Virus record (IMG/VR): IMGVR_UViG_3300027793_000055
Span: 64,001 to 128,000 of that record
Length of the DNA: 64,000 nucleotides
Source of the DNA: a virus
Direction: 5' to 3' (one strand)
The notes beneath the pieces are model-generated. The model searched no databases and had not been told where the DNA came from. It saw only the letters and a list, made by a program, of their open reading frames with translations. Made by a program: the position numbers and the translations under genes. Shown one piece after another: positions 50,020-57,889 of the stretch; the stretch's first letter is position 1; each line of letters begins with the position of its first letter.

Positions 50020-51261
50020 TCAAAATGTTTTAAGTGTCCAACGATTATATTTTCTATTTTCCCACACACCGGGCTTGATTGCATCTTGAATTAATACATC
50101 CCATTGTGGTAATAAAATATCTGGATTATAATTGTCCAAAAGATGTTGTCGGCCTTTTCTGCCCAACTCTTCTCTTTGTTCTTTAGACATATTGTATAAT
50201 TTTACCAAAGCATCAACAAAGTCTTCTTTTGAAATTCGATCTTCGTAGATGTAAGGAACTTGTTGTGAGCCTATCACAGCTTTTGATGCCGGTTTAATAC
50301 CAACTCCAAAATATTCCTGCCCATTAAATACTTGCTCTTGTAAGCCTCCGGTCATATTAGCAATTACAGGTGTTTCACAAGCAAGCGATTCCATACAACT
50401 CAAACCAAAACCTTCTGCATCAGATATACAAACTGTTACGTCAGCGGCATTATACATAGCTACCATTTCTTGTGGTGGTGATCTGTTTTTAGAAAATTTT
50501 ACTTCTCCATTGGTTAGACCAAGTTCAACTATTATTGCCTCAAGATCTTGACCGTGACCATCTTTAGGATCGGTATGCATCAATAAACAAGCTTTATCTT
50601 TACCGACAATATCTAAAAAGTCTTTAAACCACCAAACTACTGAACCAGACATTTTTCTTCTTGCATTTCGCGAATTCCAAAATACAAGGAATTTATTATT
50701 AAAATGCTGTTTACGAATATTATCTATGTTTTGCTGTGGCAATTTACTAAACAAATTCATATCTACGCTATGTGGTAGATAGACTGATTTAACACTTGGT
50801 GCTACTGTCTTGACAATATCATCTGTTAATTTAGATATTGTAACTATTATATCAGTTGAATCATAGAAAGGCTTGTTAAATTTTGGATATGGATAATTAT
50901 CCCAAACGTGATAATAGATTAAAGGAACCTTGTCACGAATCTCGTCTTCCATATCCCAGAGCCATTCATAGAATCGCGGATCTGTCATAAACCAGATAGC
51001 ATCGGGTCTATGATCTCTGAGAATAGCACGAATAACATCTGGATTTCCGTATCCATCAACAGGAATTACTAAGAGATCATCACCATAAACATCAAATTTT
51101 TGTGGTCTATAGTCGTGATGTTTTACAGCACCTCCCAAGCAAATAAACTCATACTTACCTGTTTTATGAAGGTAGTCAATCATATATTTCGTTTGTGTGC
51201 CGACGCCAGAACTAGACAAAGGATGATCACTTATGATCAATAATTTTGTTTTTTTATTCAT
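50020..51261 (-). CDS. Glycosyltransferase GT4 (GT-B)
   Basis: ISDHPLSSSGVGTQ, VWDNYPYP, NSRNARRK, SDAEGFGLSCMESLACETPVIA..TGGL.EQ. Confidence 0.9.
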   Translation of the reverse strand: MNKKTKLLIISDHPLSSSGVGTQTKYMIDYLHKTGKYEFICLGGAVKHHDYRPQKFDVYGDDLLVIPVDGYGNPDVIRAILRDHRPDAIWFMTDPRFYEWLWDMEDEIRDKVPLIYYHVWDNYPYPKFNKPFYDSTDIIVTISKLTDDIVKTVAPSVKSVYLPHSVDMNLFSKLPQQNIDNIRKQHFNNKFLVFWNSRNARRKMSGSVVWWFKDFLDIVGKDKACLLMHTDPKDGHGQDLEAIIVELGLTNGEVKFSKNRSPPQEMVAMYNAADVTVCISDAEGFGLSCMESLACETPVIANMTGGLQEQVFNGQEYFGVGIKPASKAVIGSQQVPYIYEDRISKEDFVDALVKLYNMSKEQREELGRKGRQHLLDNYNPDILLPQWDVLIQDAIKPGVWENRKYNRWTLKTF

Positions 51262-51276
51262 TTATTTTCCTTTTGT

Positions 51277-52092
51277 TTATGGACAGTAAATTGTTTTGTG
51301 AAATTCACATTTTGTACAAGATAGTTTATTTTTAATAAACTTCTGTTTTTCAACGTTTTTAACACAGGTATCCAGTATTTTAAGAGCATTATCTACTTTT
51401 TTTGGTCCACTTGTTACGCGAAAGATTTCTACTTTATCTTTTTTGGCTGTTCTCTTTAGTAGACCAAAATACGTCTCAACATTCTTTGGATCAAGCTTGT
51501 GTTTCTGACAGAAAAAGTGCTTATAGTATGTTAGCTGGTAAGTTGTTTCTTTTTCTGTTTTCTTTTCAATGTCCCAACCCCAGCTACAAGTCTTCCAGTC
51601 AATAATGTGATACTTTCCATCCGGAGTTTTTAGGACTGAATCTATAAAACCATAGAAATCAAAATTAGGATTTCCTTCGATATTCTGCCTTATTTCTTCT
51701 TCAGCTGAGACTACTTCGTATTCACCAAAAACATTTTTAACTTCTGGTAAAATAAGTTCAACCAACTCGTCTCCCTGCTTTTTCATTTCTTCTATCAAAT
51801 CAGCAGAAACAGTTATACCATTTTCTTTTAATTTAGTAATTTCTTCTAGAAATCGATTTTGGAAGTATTTTTTCTTATCAATTTCTTCGCTATCATCTTT
51901 TAGAAGGCCAAGTTGGGATCTCTTTTTTTCCAAAAGAAGTGACTGTTCTACAGTATCATGTACTGCTGTACCAAATACACTAAATTCATTTCCTTGAAAT
52001 AAGCGAACCTTATCAACACGTGTAATTTTGTATTTAAATGGACAAAATACCCAATCCTTCCAAGCAGAATAGGAAATATAATCTAAACTCAT
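51277..52092 (-). CDS. PD-(D/E)XK exonuclease, Cas4/RecB/AddB-like with predicted Fe-S staple
   Basis: ISYS..K....CP, FGTAVH, GFIDSV...IIDWKT, YQLTYY, C-terminal CTKCEF...YCP (1+3 Cys). Confidence 0.85.
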   Translation of the reverse strand: MSLDYISYSAWKDWVFCPFKYKITRVDKVRLFQGNEFSVFGTAVHDTVEQSLLLEKKRSQLGLLKDDSEEIDKKKYFQNRFLEEITKLKENGITVSADLIEEMKKQGDELVELILPEVKNVFGEYEVVSAEEEIRQNIEGNPNFDFYGFIDSVLKTPDGKYHIIDWKTCSWGWDIEKKTEKETTYQLTYYKHFFCQKHKLDPKNVETYFGLLKRTAKKDKVEIFRVTSGPKKVDNALKILDTCVKNVEKQKFIKNKLSCTKCEFHKTIYCP

Positions 52093-52112
52093 TTTAAACC
52101 TCTGTTAAGTGA

Positions 52113-52152
52113 GGTGATCCTTGCGGAAAACCAGTAGGACCAGTCTAGCACA
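52113..52152 (-). promoter_or_regulatory. Extended -10 promoter plus GNRA-capped leader hairpin
   Basis: TGTGC-TAGACT (52152..52142), then GGT-tt-TCC-GCAA-GGA-tc-ACC (52132..52113); GC-rich island in an AT-rich spacer. Confidence 0.5.
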
Positions 52153-52165
52153 GGCCCCGGCAAAA

Positions 52166-52828
52166 TTAAACAACCTTTTGCACGAACATAGCAAGCTTTG
52201 AGGCTAGTTGTGGACAAACTCTATTGATCTCTTCGTCACCTTCCAGAAAATATTTTTCAAATCCATTGGCGAAATATTCTCTGAGTGATGTTGCTGCATA
52301 AGGTGATAAGAATACCCCACGTACCAAACTACCAAGTTTGTCATAGCCGATAGTTTGAAAAAGATATTTGTCGAATGATTCTTCATATTCCGGGTTTAAG
52401 TAACTTTCCTTTTTAAATTGATCATATCCATATGCTGTTAAAATTTCGTACATTTTAATGCGCTTAGAAATAAATTCCTGTTTGATAGAATGATCATCAT
52501 ATACATCATTATAGTATTGCTCTTCACAACCGTGAGCCAATTCATGAATGAGATTTTTTAAAAATTGCTCTGGGCTGTTCTGCTTGTTAGTTATATATAT
52601 CATTCTATCGTTATACACGGCTTCTATTTGTCTTTTTTTAAGAAAAGGAAAATCGCCAATACAAATAGAATCTGCCACACTCAGTATTGAATATGGCAGA
52701 TTCTTTATTGTTTGTATAACATTGTTAATTTCAAAATTACCAGTAAAACTATTTTTAACAAGTATTACAGTTTCTCCTATTCGATACTCACCAATCGGAT
52801 TATTATTTTTAATAATAGGAAACACCAT
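52166..52828 (-). CDS. Putative zincin metallopeptidase-like protein
   Basis: LIHELAHG (HExxH) and distal SPYA..S.REYFANGF. Confidence 0.55.
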   Translation of the reverse strand: MVFPIIKNNNPIGEYRIGETVILVKNSFTGNFEINNVIQTIKNLPYSILSVADSICIGDFPFLKKRQIEAVYNDRMIYITNKQNSPEQFLKNLIHELAHGCEEQYYNDVYDDHSIKQEFISKRIKMYEILTAYGYDQFKKESYLNPEYEESFDKYLFQTIGYDKLGSLVRGVFLSPYAATSLREYFANGFEKYFLEGDEEINRVCPQLASKLAMFVQKVV

Positions 52829-52840
52829 AAATATAATTAA

Positions 52841-53122
52841 TCAAGTTGGTGAATTTTGTTCTATACTGCTTTCCTGTTGTTTAGCACTAAAATTCTCTAT
52901 ATCTACCAAAGCCTGTTGATATCCTCTTAGGAAATTTTCTTCAGCTACTAGCATTAGAAATTCTGGAAATTCTTCTGCTAGGACACTTACTACCATCTCT
53001 ACTGTTACTTCGCCATTTTCTGGTTCTAACTTAGAGCCAACATAATTAACAAACATTTCTTTCAATGGTCCTTCTGGAAGGACCACTTTTTTGGCTGTTT
53101 CATTTTCTAGTATATCTGTCAT
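52841..53122 (-). CDS. Hypothetical protein
   Basis: Acidic ORF with GAGG RBS before ATG 53122. Confidence 0.65.
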   Translation of the reverse strand: MTDILENETAKKVVLPEGPLKEMFVNYVGSKLEPENGEVTVEMVVSVLAEEFPEFLMLVAEENFLRGYQQALVDIENFSAKQQESSIEQNSPT

Positions 53123-53130
53123 TTTAAACC

Positions 53131-54450
53131 TCAAAGTACTTTTGCTGCCAAACTTGCGACAGCACTACGTTCACCCTTTTGCAGACTGACGTGGCCAGCT
53201 AAAGATGCTGTTTTAAACTTTTCTACAGCATATGCAAGTCCATTGCTTGTATCATTAACATATATGTTATCAATCTGTTCAATATCACCAGTTAATACAA
53301 TCTTTGTACCTTCACCAACACGAGTAACAATTGTTTTCAACTCGTGAGCAGTAAGATTTTGTGCCTCATCGATAATCATAAAAGCTTTTGCAATTGAACG
53401 ACCACGAATATAGGTAAGGGCTTCAATCTCGATAACACCTCTTGTCATATAATCTTGCAACGTTGCTTTATCATTCCCGAGAAGGAACTGCAAGTTATCC
53501 TGAATTGGTATCAACCAAGGCATCATCTTCTCTTCGAGAGTACCCGGCAGGAAGCCTATATCGCGTCCTAATGGCTGAACTGGTCTTGAGACTATCAGAC
53601 GAGTATACGTCTGCTTTTCAAGCAACTGAGCCAATCCTGCTGCGACTGCTGATAGAGTCTTGCCGGAACCAGCCTTACCAACCAATGTAACAATTGGTAC
53701 ACTTGGATCCATTAATAAGTCAAAAGCAAAACTCTGTTCACGATTTCTGGATTCAACACCAAATACAGCTTTGTTTCTACCTTTAAAGTCTGGTACCTTT
53801 TTCAAGGGCAATTCTTTTCCTAAGAATCTAGCTAGAGCGGTTTTATTAGCATTTTTATTTGATATAAGTGTAATAAACTGATTTGGAAATAGCTTATCAG
53901 CTTGTTTTTCTTCCAAAGTCAATCCTTCACCGCTATATAGTCTCTCAATAAACTCATCATCAACAACCAATTCACATATACCACTGTACAATTCACTTGA
54001 ATCAGAAATAACCTGACTGGCTTCATATGACTCGCTTTGCAAACCAATTGCATCGCAAATAACACGCATATTAACATCACGTGAAACAACGACGACCTTT
54101 TTATCTAAATGTGCTTTAGATACAGCGTATGCAGTTGCAATAATTACATGATCTGGTACCGATAAATCTAGATCTTTTGGAAAATGTGATGCATCAAGGG
54201 CAGCAGATTTTAAAACTCCTTTACCTTTCTGAATTCTAACTCCTTCTTGAAGGGAACCAGACTCTCTTAGTGTATCAAGAATTTTAATAGAGTTACGCGC
54301 ATTTTGGCCTACTGAATCTTGTCTGTTTTTATGTTTATCGACTTCTTCTAGTACTTTTAGAGGGAGTACGATATCGTCTTTTCCAAAAGAAAAGATAGAA
54401 TTGGCACTTGTTAAGAGAACACTTGTATCTAGAACATATATTTTTTTCAT
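53131..54450 (-). CDS. phoH: PIN-domain PhoH-family ATPase (PhoH2/YlaK type)
   Basis: YVLDTSVLL PIN N-terminus; GKAGSGKT, SRPVQPLGRDIGFLPG, YIRGRS, IIDEAQN, GDIEQID. Confidence 0.95.
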   Translation of the reverse strand: MKKIYVLDTSVLLTSANSIFSFGKDDIVLPLKVLEEVDKHKNRQDSVGQNARNSIKILDTLRESGSLQEGVRIQKGKGVLKSAALDASHFPKDLDLSVPDHVIIATAYAVSKAHLDKKVVVVSRDVNMRVICDAIGLQSESYEASQVISDSSELYSGICELVVDDEFIERLYSGEGLTLEEKQADKLFPNQFITLISNKNANKTALARFLGKELPLKKVPDFKGRNKAVFGVESRNREQSFAFDLLMDPSVPIVTLVGKAGSGKTLSAVAAGLAQLLEKQTYTRLIVSRPVQPLGRDIGFLPGTLEEKMMPWLIPIQDNLQFLLGNDKATLQDYMTRGVIEIEALTYIRGRSIAKAFMIIDEAQNLTAHELKTIVTRVGEGTKIVLTGDIEQIDNIYVNDTSNGLAYAVEKFKTASLAGHVSLQKGERSAVASLAAKVL

Positions 54451-54485
54451 ATTGTACCTTTAGGTTTTCGAACACTAGTTATTTT

Positions 54486-55280
54486 ATGGTCACTAAACAC
54501 ATCTTAAAACTAGCTGTTCTTTTATTGTCTGTTTTATCATTAAACTGTACTTCACATACAAATTGTCTTGGTTTAGGTGATATTAAAGACTCAATAATAA
54601 ATATTACTCATACTCATAATAAGACAGTACTTCCTTACGATTCTTTTGTTAAGTTGATTAAAAACGTTTCAGATAAGAATGGAAATATTTTATTTTCTTC
54701 AGTTGCTTCAGGAGTCATACTTTCACATGGTAGTAACCATACAAAAATTTTAACTGCGCGACACTTCTGTGTTGGTTTAGAGAGTAAAGTAGATACAATT
54801 CCAGAAGAACTATTTCCCATAAAAGATGATACAACCATTATTGATGTAAAAAATGAAATACATAACATGTTGTTTTATGCATTTGATGATAAACACGATA
54901 TATGTGTTGTATTGACAAAAAAAATAGAGCAACCGGCAACTATAATATCACCGGTTGCTCCACTAAGAGGAGAAAAAGTTTTTAATATAGCTGCACCGCT
55001 TGGCATCTCAGATGGAAAAGCGGTGCTTTTATTTGAAGGATATTATGCTGGCGATTTTTATTCACCGCTAATTCGTTCAAACTCTTCCCTATATTCCATA
55101 CCCACAAAGAGCGGTAGTTCCGGTTCTGCAATCTTCAATGAACACGGAGAATTAATAGGTATTACCTATGCTGGTGTAAGTGAATTTGAAAATATCTGTA
55201 TTGCAGTACCCTGGAAAGATCTTAAAAGATTTATAGAATTTATAGAATCAGCACCGATACCTGATCTAGATATTGAATAA
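54486..55280 (+). CDS. Trypsin-like serine protease with signal/lipoprotein-like peptide
   Basis: MVTKHILKLAVLLLSVLSLNC; TARHFC (His), DICVV (Asp), KSGSSGSAIFN (Ser); ACTAGTTA motif 5 nt upstream of ATG 54486. Confidence 0.85.
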   Translation: MVTKHILKLAVLLLSVLSLNCTSHTNCLGLGDIKDSIINITHTHNKTVLPYDSFVKLIKNVSDKNGNILFSSVASGVILSHGSNHTKILTARHFCVGLESKVDTIPEELFPIKDDTTIIDVKNEIHNMLFYAFDDKHDICVVLTKKIEQPATIISPVAPLRGEKVFNIAAPLGISDGKAVLLFEGYYAGDFYSPLIRSNSSLYSIPTKSGSSGSAIFNEHGELIGITYAGVSEFENICIAVPWKDLKRFIEFIESAPIPDLDIE

Positions 55281-55351
55281 GCTGCTTATTGGATTTGCGC
55301 CAATCTCTGAGCATTACAAGTGCTCTGCATCGCTATCTATGCTTAAGCAGC
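55280..55351 (-). tRNA. Atypical tRNA-Thr(UGU)-like cloverleaf
   Basis: GCTGCTT-AA-GCAT-AGATAGCG-ATGC-A-GAGCA-CT[TGT]AA-TGCTC-AGAG-ATTGG-CGCAAAT-CCAAT-AAGCAGC-T: all 21 stem pairs are Watson-Crick, canonical arm lengths, 72 nt; non-canonical A8, D loop without GG, T loop CGCAAAT; no CCA. Confidence 0.75.
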
Positions 55352-55374
55352 ATACTTCTATCTAGTAGATATAA

Positions 55375-55908
55375 TTAAAAACCTACAATTTGTTTAGTCG
55401 CTTCATATAAAAAAATATTTGCTGCTTGACTTGTATTTAAACAAAAACCAATTCCTGGCATATTAATAAAGATTTTTTGACTATTATTTAATATATCTGC
55501 TGGAATTCCAATTTGTTCGTGACCAACAACAATACAGATCTTTTTAAAATCTGTTAGATCATTCTTGAAATTATATTTATGAATTGAAACAGCTTCTGGG
55601 TCCAATTCTGCGCTAATAACTTTAATGTGGTTATTTTTACAATATTGTAGAAATTCATGAGGATTACTAAACTGATTAATTGGTACATAATCTTGTAACG
55701 TACCGGATCGTGTTGCGAGTGTTTTTCTTTTTGGTACTGACCCAATAACATTCACGGCTGCAGCACCAAAACAAGCCGCACTACGTAATACAAATGCTAC
55801 ATTAACTTCTTCTTTAAAATTAACAGTACAAACTTCGATTGGTAATCGAGTTGAAATATTTTGTTTATTATTATAGCGTTCACGACGTGTTTGATTACGG
55901 TTTGTCAT
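55375..55908 (-). CDS. SpoU/TrmH-family (SPOUT) RNA 2'-O-methyltransferase
   Basis: NVAFVLRSAACFG (motif 1), VVGHEQIGIP (motif 2), IFINMPGIGFCLNTSQAANIFLYE (motif 3). Confidence 0.9.
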   Translation of the reverse strand: MTNRNQTRRERYNNKQNISTRLPIEVCTVNFKEEVNVAFVLRSAACFGAAAVNVIGSVPKRKTLATRSGTLQDYVPINQFSNPHEFLQYCKNNHIKVISAELDPEAVSIHKYNFKNDLTDFKKICIVVGHEQIGIPADILNNSQKIFINMPGIGFCLNTSQAANIFLYEATKQIVGF

Positions 55909-55941
55909 AAGATAGTTATAATCTAATAAAAGTCAATTAAA

Positions 55942-56015
55942 TGGTTGGGGAACTAGGATTCGAACCTAGATAAACGGAATCAAAATCCGTTGTCCTGCCG
56001 TTAGACGATTCCCCA
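55942..56015 (-). tRNA. trnQ: tRNA-Gln(UUG)
   Basis: TGGGGAA...ACGGA-TT[TTG]AT-TCCGT...CTAGGTTCGAATCCTAG-TTCCCCA-A-CCA; U1-A72. Confidence 0.95.
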
Positions 56016-56018
56016 TAA

Positions 56019-56049
56019 GTACAAAACCCACATAAAGTGGGTTTTGTAC
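56019..56049. terminator. 13-bp perfect hairpin directly upstream of tRNA-Gln (terminator or processing signal)
   Basis: GTACAAAACCCAC-ATAAA-GTGGGTTTTGTAC. Confidence 0.6.
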
Positions 56050-56069
56050 AATTTTAAATTTTATTTAAA

Positions 56070-56315
56070 TCAACGAGCGCGATAAACAGTAACCTGATGA
56101 CGGGTATTACGATTTAGTTCGGTACGATTAGTTGGGCGTAGAGTACCTTCAGAAATTAGATCACGGAAGGCTTTGGTAACAAATCCACCACGTTCTGATC
56201 CTTCAAAATGAAGGCGCATTACATTTACAACATCAGCAGCAGATACAGTACCATTCTCTAGAACACGTGAACGAATTTCGGACTTGAGATAGGTAAGAGC
56301 GCGATTTGATGACAT
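56070..56315 (-). CDS. Small basic winged-helix-like protein
   Basis: 81 aa, TVSAADV...FVTKAFRDLISEG.L.P wHTH-like pattern; AAGGA RBS. Confidence 0.55.
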   Translation of the reverse strand: MSSNRALTYLKSEIRSRVLENGTVSAADVVNVMRLHFEGSERGGFVTKAFRDLISEGTLRPTNRTELNRNTRHQVTVYRAR

Positions 56316-56361
56316 ATTTATTTCCTTAGTAAATAACTTTTTTAGAGAAAGTTTAAACTCT

Positions 56362-56447
56362 TGGTGGGAAGTGAGAGATTCGAACTCCCTAAAGCAATGC
56401 CGTCAGATTTACAGTCTGATGTAACTCGCCATCGTTACCGACTTCCC
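56362..56447 (-). tRNA. trnY: tRNA-Tyr(GUA)
   Basis: GGGAAGT...TCAGA-CT[GTA]AA-TCTGA, long variable arm, GGGAGTTCGAATCTCTC-ACTTCCC-A-CCA; unusual C8/C14. Confidence 0.95.
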
Positions 56448-56451
56448 AAAT

Positions 56452-56904
56452 TTATTTATTTCTACCAGCGTAAGTATCAGTTTGACTATGACAATTTGGA
56501 CAAAGTATTCTTAAGTTTTCTAATCTATTATCAGAATTGTTGCCATTAACATGATCAAGTTGAAGAACAATCTTTTTTCCATTCCAAGTGTCTTGTAGAC
56601 CACATTCAGAACATTTATTTACAATTAATTTTTCTCTTATTAATCGTTTTTTTAATTTACAAGTTTGATATGTGGAATTTTCTACTAATATATCTTTTAA
56701 AGATTGAGATTTACTCCAACTATGTGACTTTCCTTTTAAGTGGCCTTGTCCAGTAAAATGCGAAGTATCTAAATTAAATTGTTTTATTTTTCTTTGCAAA
56801 ATTCTATAATTTCCACCTATTGGCTTAAGATCTAATTTTTTTAATACTTGTGCATATGAAAAACTCTCTTTAACTATTTCTTGTAATTTATCTTTTTCAT
56901 TCAT
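56452..56904 (-). CDS. HNH endonuclease (free-standing homing endonuclease candidate)
   Basis: CSECG..WNG..IVLQLDHVNGNNSDNRLENLRILCPNCHSQT; true ATG at 56904 (the ORF-track extension overlaps tRNA-Leu). Confidence 0.9.
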   Translation of the reverse strand: MNEKDKLQEIVKESFSYAQVLKKLDLKPIGGNYRILQRKIKQFNLDTSHFTGQGHLKGKSHSWSKSQSLKDILVENSTYQTCKLKKRLIREKLIVNKCSECGLQDTWNGKKIVLQLDHVNGNNSDNRLENLRILCPNCHSQTDTYAGRNK

Positions 56905-56907
56905 TTT

Positions 56908-56985
56908 TGGTGGGTACGGTGGGATTCGAACCCACACTGTATTGATTTTAAGTCAACTGTCTCCTACCGGTTGGACTACATACCC
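56908..56985 (-). tRNA. trnL: tRNA-Leu(UAA), short variable loop
   Basis: GGGTATG...GTTGA-CT[TAA]AA-TCAAT-ACAGT-GTGGGTTCGAATCCCAC-CGTACCC-A-CCA. Confidence 0.93.
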
Positions 56986-56991
56986 CTGGTT

Positions 56992-57234
56992 TTAATGAAT
57001 CGTTTTTAGTCCGTCTAGCTCCTCTTGCAGCTGCCGCACCATCATACCAAGATCTTCAGCTTCTGTCAAGAGGTCGTCATTTTCTTTTTTAAGGTTTAAG
57101 TTTTCTGTTTTAATTTTAACAAATTCAGTCGAAATTTTTAAGTAATTAACAAGAAGATATTTTAAAGTATCTTCAATTTCAGGCATTTGTTTGATAAAGC
57201 TAACAATTTGATCAGTTTTTTCTTTTGTAATCAT
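56992..57234 (-). CDS. Hypothetical coiled-coil protein
   Basis: 80 aa, heptad pattern, between two tRNA-Leu genes. Confidence 0.65.
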   Translation of the reverse strand: MITKEKTDQIVSFIKQMPEIEDTLKYLLVNYLKISTEFVKIKTENLNLKKENDDLLTEAEDLGMMVRQLQEELDGLKTIH

Positions 57235-57240
57235 AATTTA

Positions 57241-57327
57241 TGGTGCCGGAAGAGGGGGTCGAACCCTCATGCTATTGCTAGCAGCAGATTTTGAGTCTGC
57301 CGTGTCTGCCAGTTCCACCATCCCGGC
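57241..57327 (-). tRNA. trnL: tRNA-Leu(CAA)
   Basis: GCCGGGA-TG-GTGGAACTGGCAGACAC-G-GCAGA-CT[CAA]AA-TCTGC, long variable arm, GAGGGTTCGACCCCCTC-TTCCGGC-A-CCA. Confidence 0.97.
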
Positions 57328-57336
57328 GTATGCCCC

Positions 57337-57365
57337 ATCTTAGCACGGGGCAGGCGATCTGTCAA
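57337..57365 (-). promoter_or_regulatory. Sigma70-type promoter for tRNA-Leu(CAA)
   Basis: TTGACA-N17-TAAGAT with extended -10 (GTGC); -10 ends 9 nt before tRNA G1. Confidence 0.85.
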
Positions 57366-57371
57366 GAGCAG

Positions 57372-57569
57372 TCAGTCTTCATCACTATCAAATTCTTGCC
57401 ACTCATCTGTTGCTCGGCGATTAAAGCCATATTCTACCCAATCATTAAGCAATTTAAACCACTCATGAGCATTGCGATTATGAAATGTACCTGAATGTAC
57501 ATTCTCTTCAAATTCTACTAGGTCTTCTTGAATCATTTCTAGGAATGTTTCAACATCAATCTTCTTCAT
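57372..57569 (-). CDS. Hypothetical acidic protein
   Basis: 65 aa, ATGA-coupled in the operon. Confidence 0.65.
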   Translation of the reverse strand: MKKIDVETFLEMIQEDLVEFEENVHSGTFHNRNAHEWFKLLNDWVEYGFNRRATDEWQEFDSDED

Positions 57570-57889
57570 TTAACTACCGACCATCCTTGTTTTTTTAGGG
57601 TTTCTAACTGTTCATTTAACCATTTATCATTTGGTTCTTTTGAACGTAAAATAAGTTTTTTATTTTCTTGTGAAATAGGAAAAGCTATATGCATCAAGCC
57701 AGATAAGCCGGCTAATGATACTGTTTTAACACGAAAAATAATTCCACTATCTAATATTTCCATACCATGTTGTGGTACAAATGCTGCTTCCATATATTTA
57801 CGGAGTTTAATACGCTTTTGTCCAACGTGTGTATCGTTAATTATTTCAATTAAAAATTCTAGTTGAGTTTTGTTTGACATAATTTTCAC
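57566..57889 (-). CDS. Hypothetical protein
   Basis: 107 aa, 4-nt overlaps at both ends. Confidence 0.65.
   Translation of the reverse strand: MKIMSNKTQLEFLIEIINDTHVGQKRIKLRKYMEAAFVPQHGMEILDSGIIFRVKTVSLAGLSGLMHIAFPISQENKKLILRSKEPNDKWLNEQLETLKKQGWSVVK

Noticed and set aside
43584-51261. Bacterial O-antigen locus, implying a host chromosome or prophage flank
   Set aside because: Both flanks are phage genes with coupled overlaps and the same strand and composition; no wzx/wzy/wzm/wzt or housekeeping genes.
51277-52092. Cas4-like nuclease as a sign of a CRISPR system
   Set aside because: No repeat-spacer array or other cas genes were seen; solo Cas4/RecB-like exonucleases are common in phages.
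56361-56549. ORFs 56361..56549 (+), 57291..57494 (+), 59700..59942 (+) and the N-terminal extension of the HNH gene
   Set aside because: They overlap tRNA genes, promoters or real minus-strand ORFs; translation artefacts.
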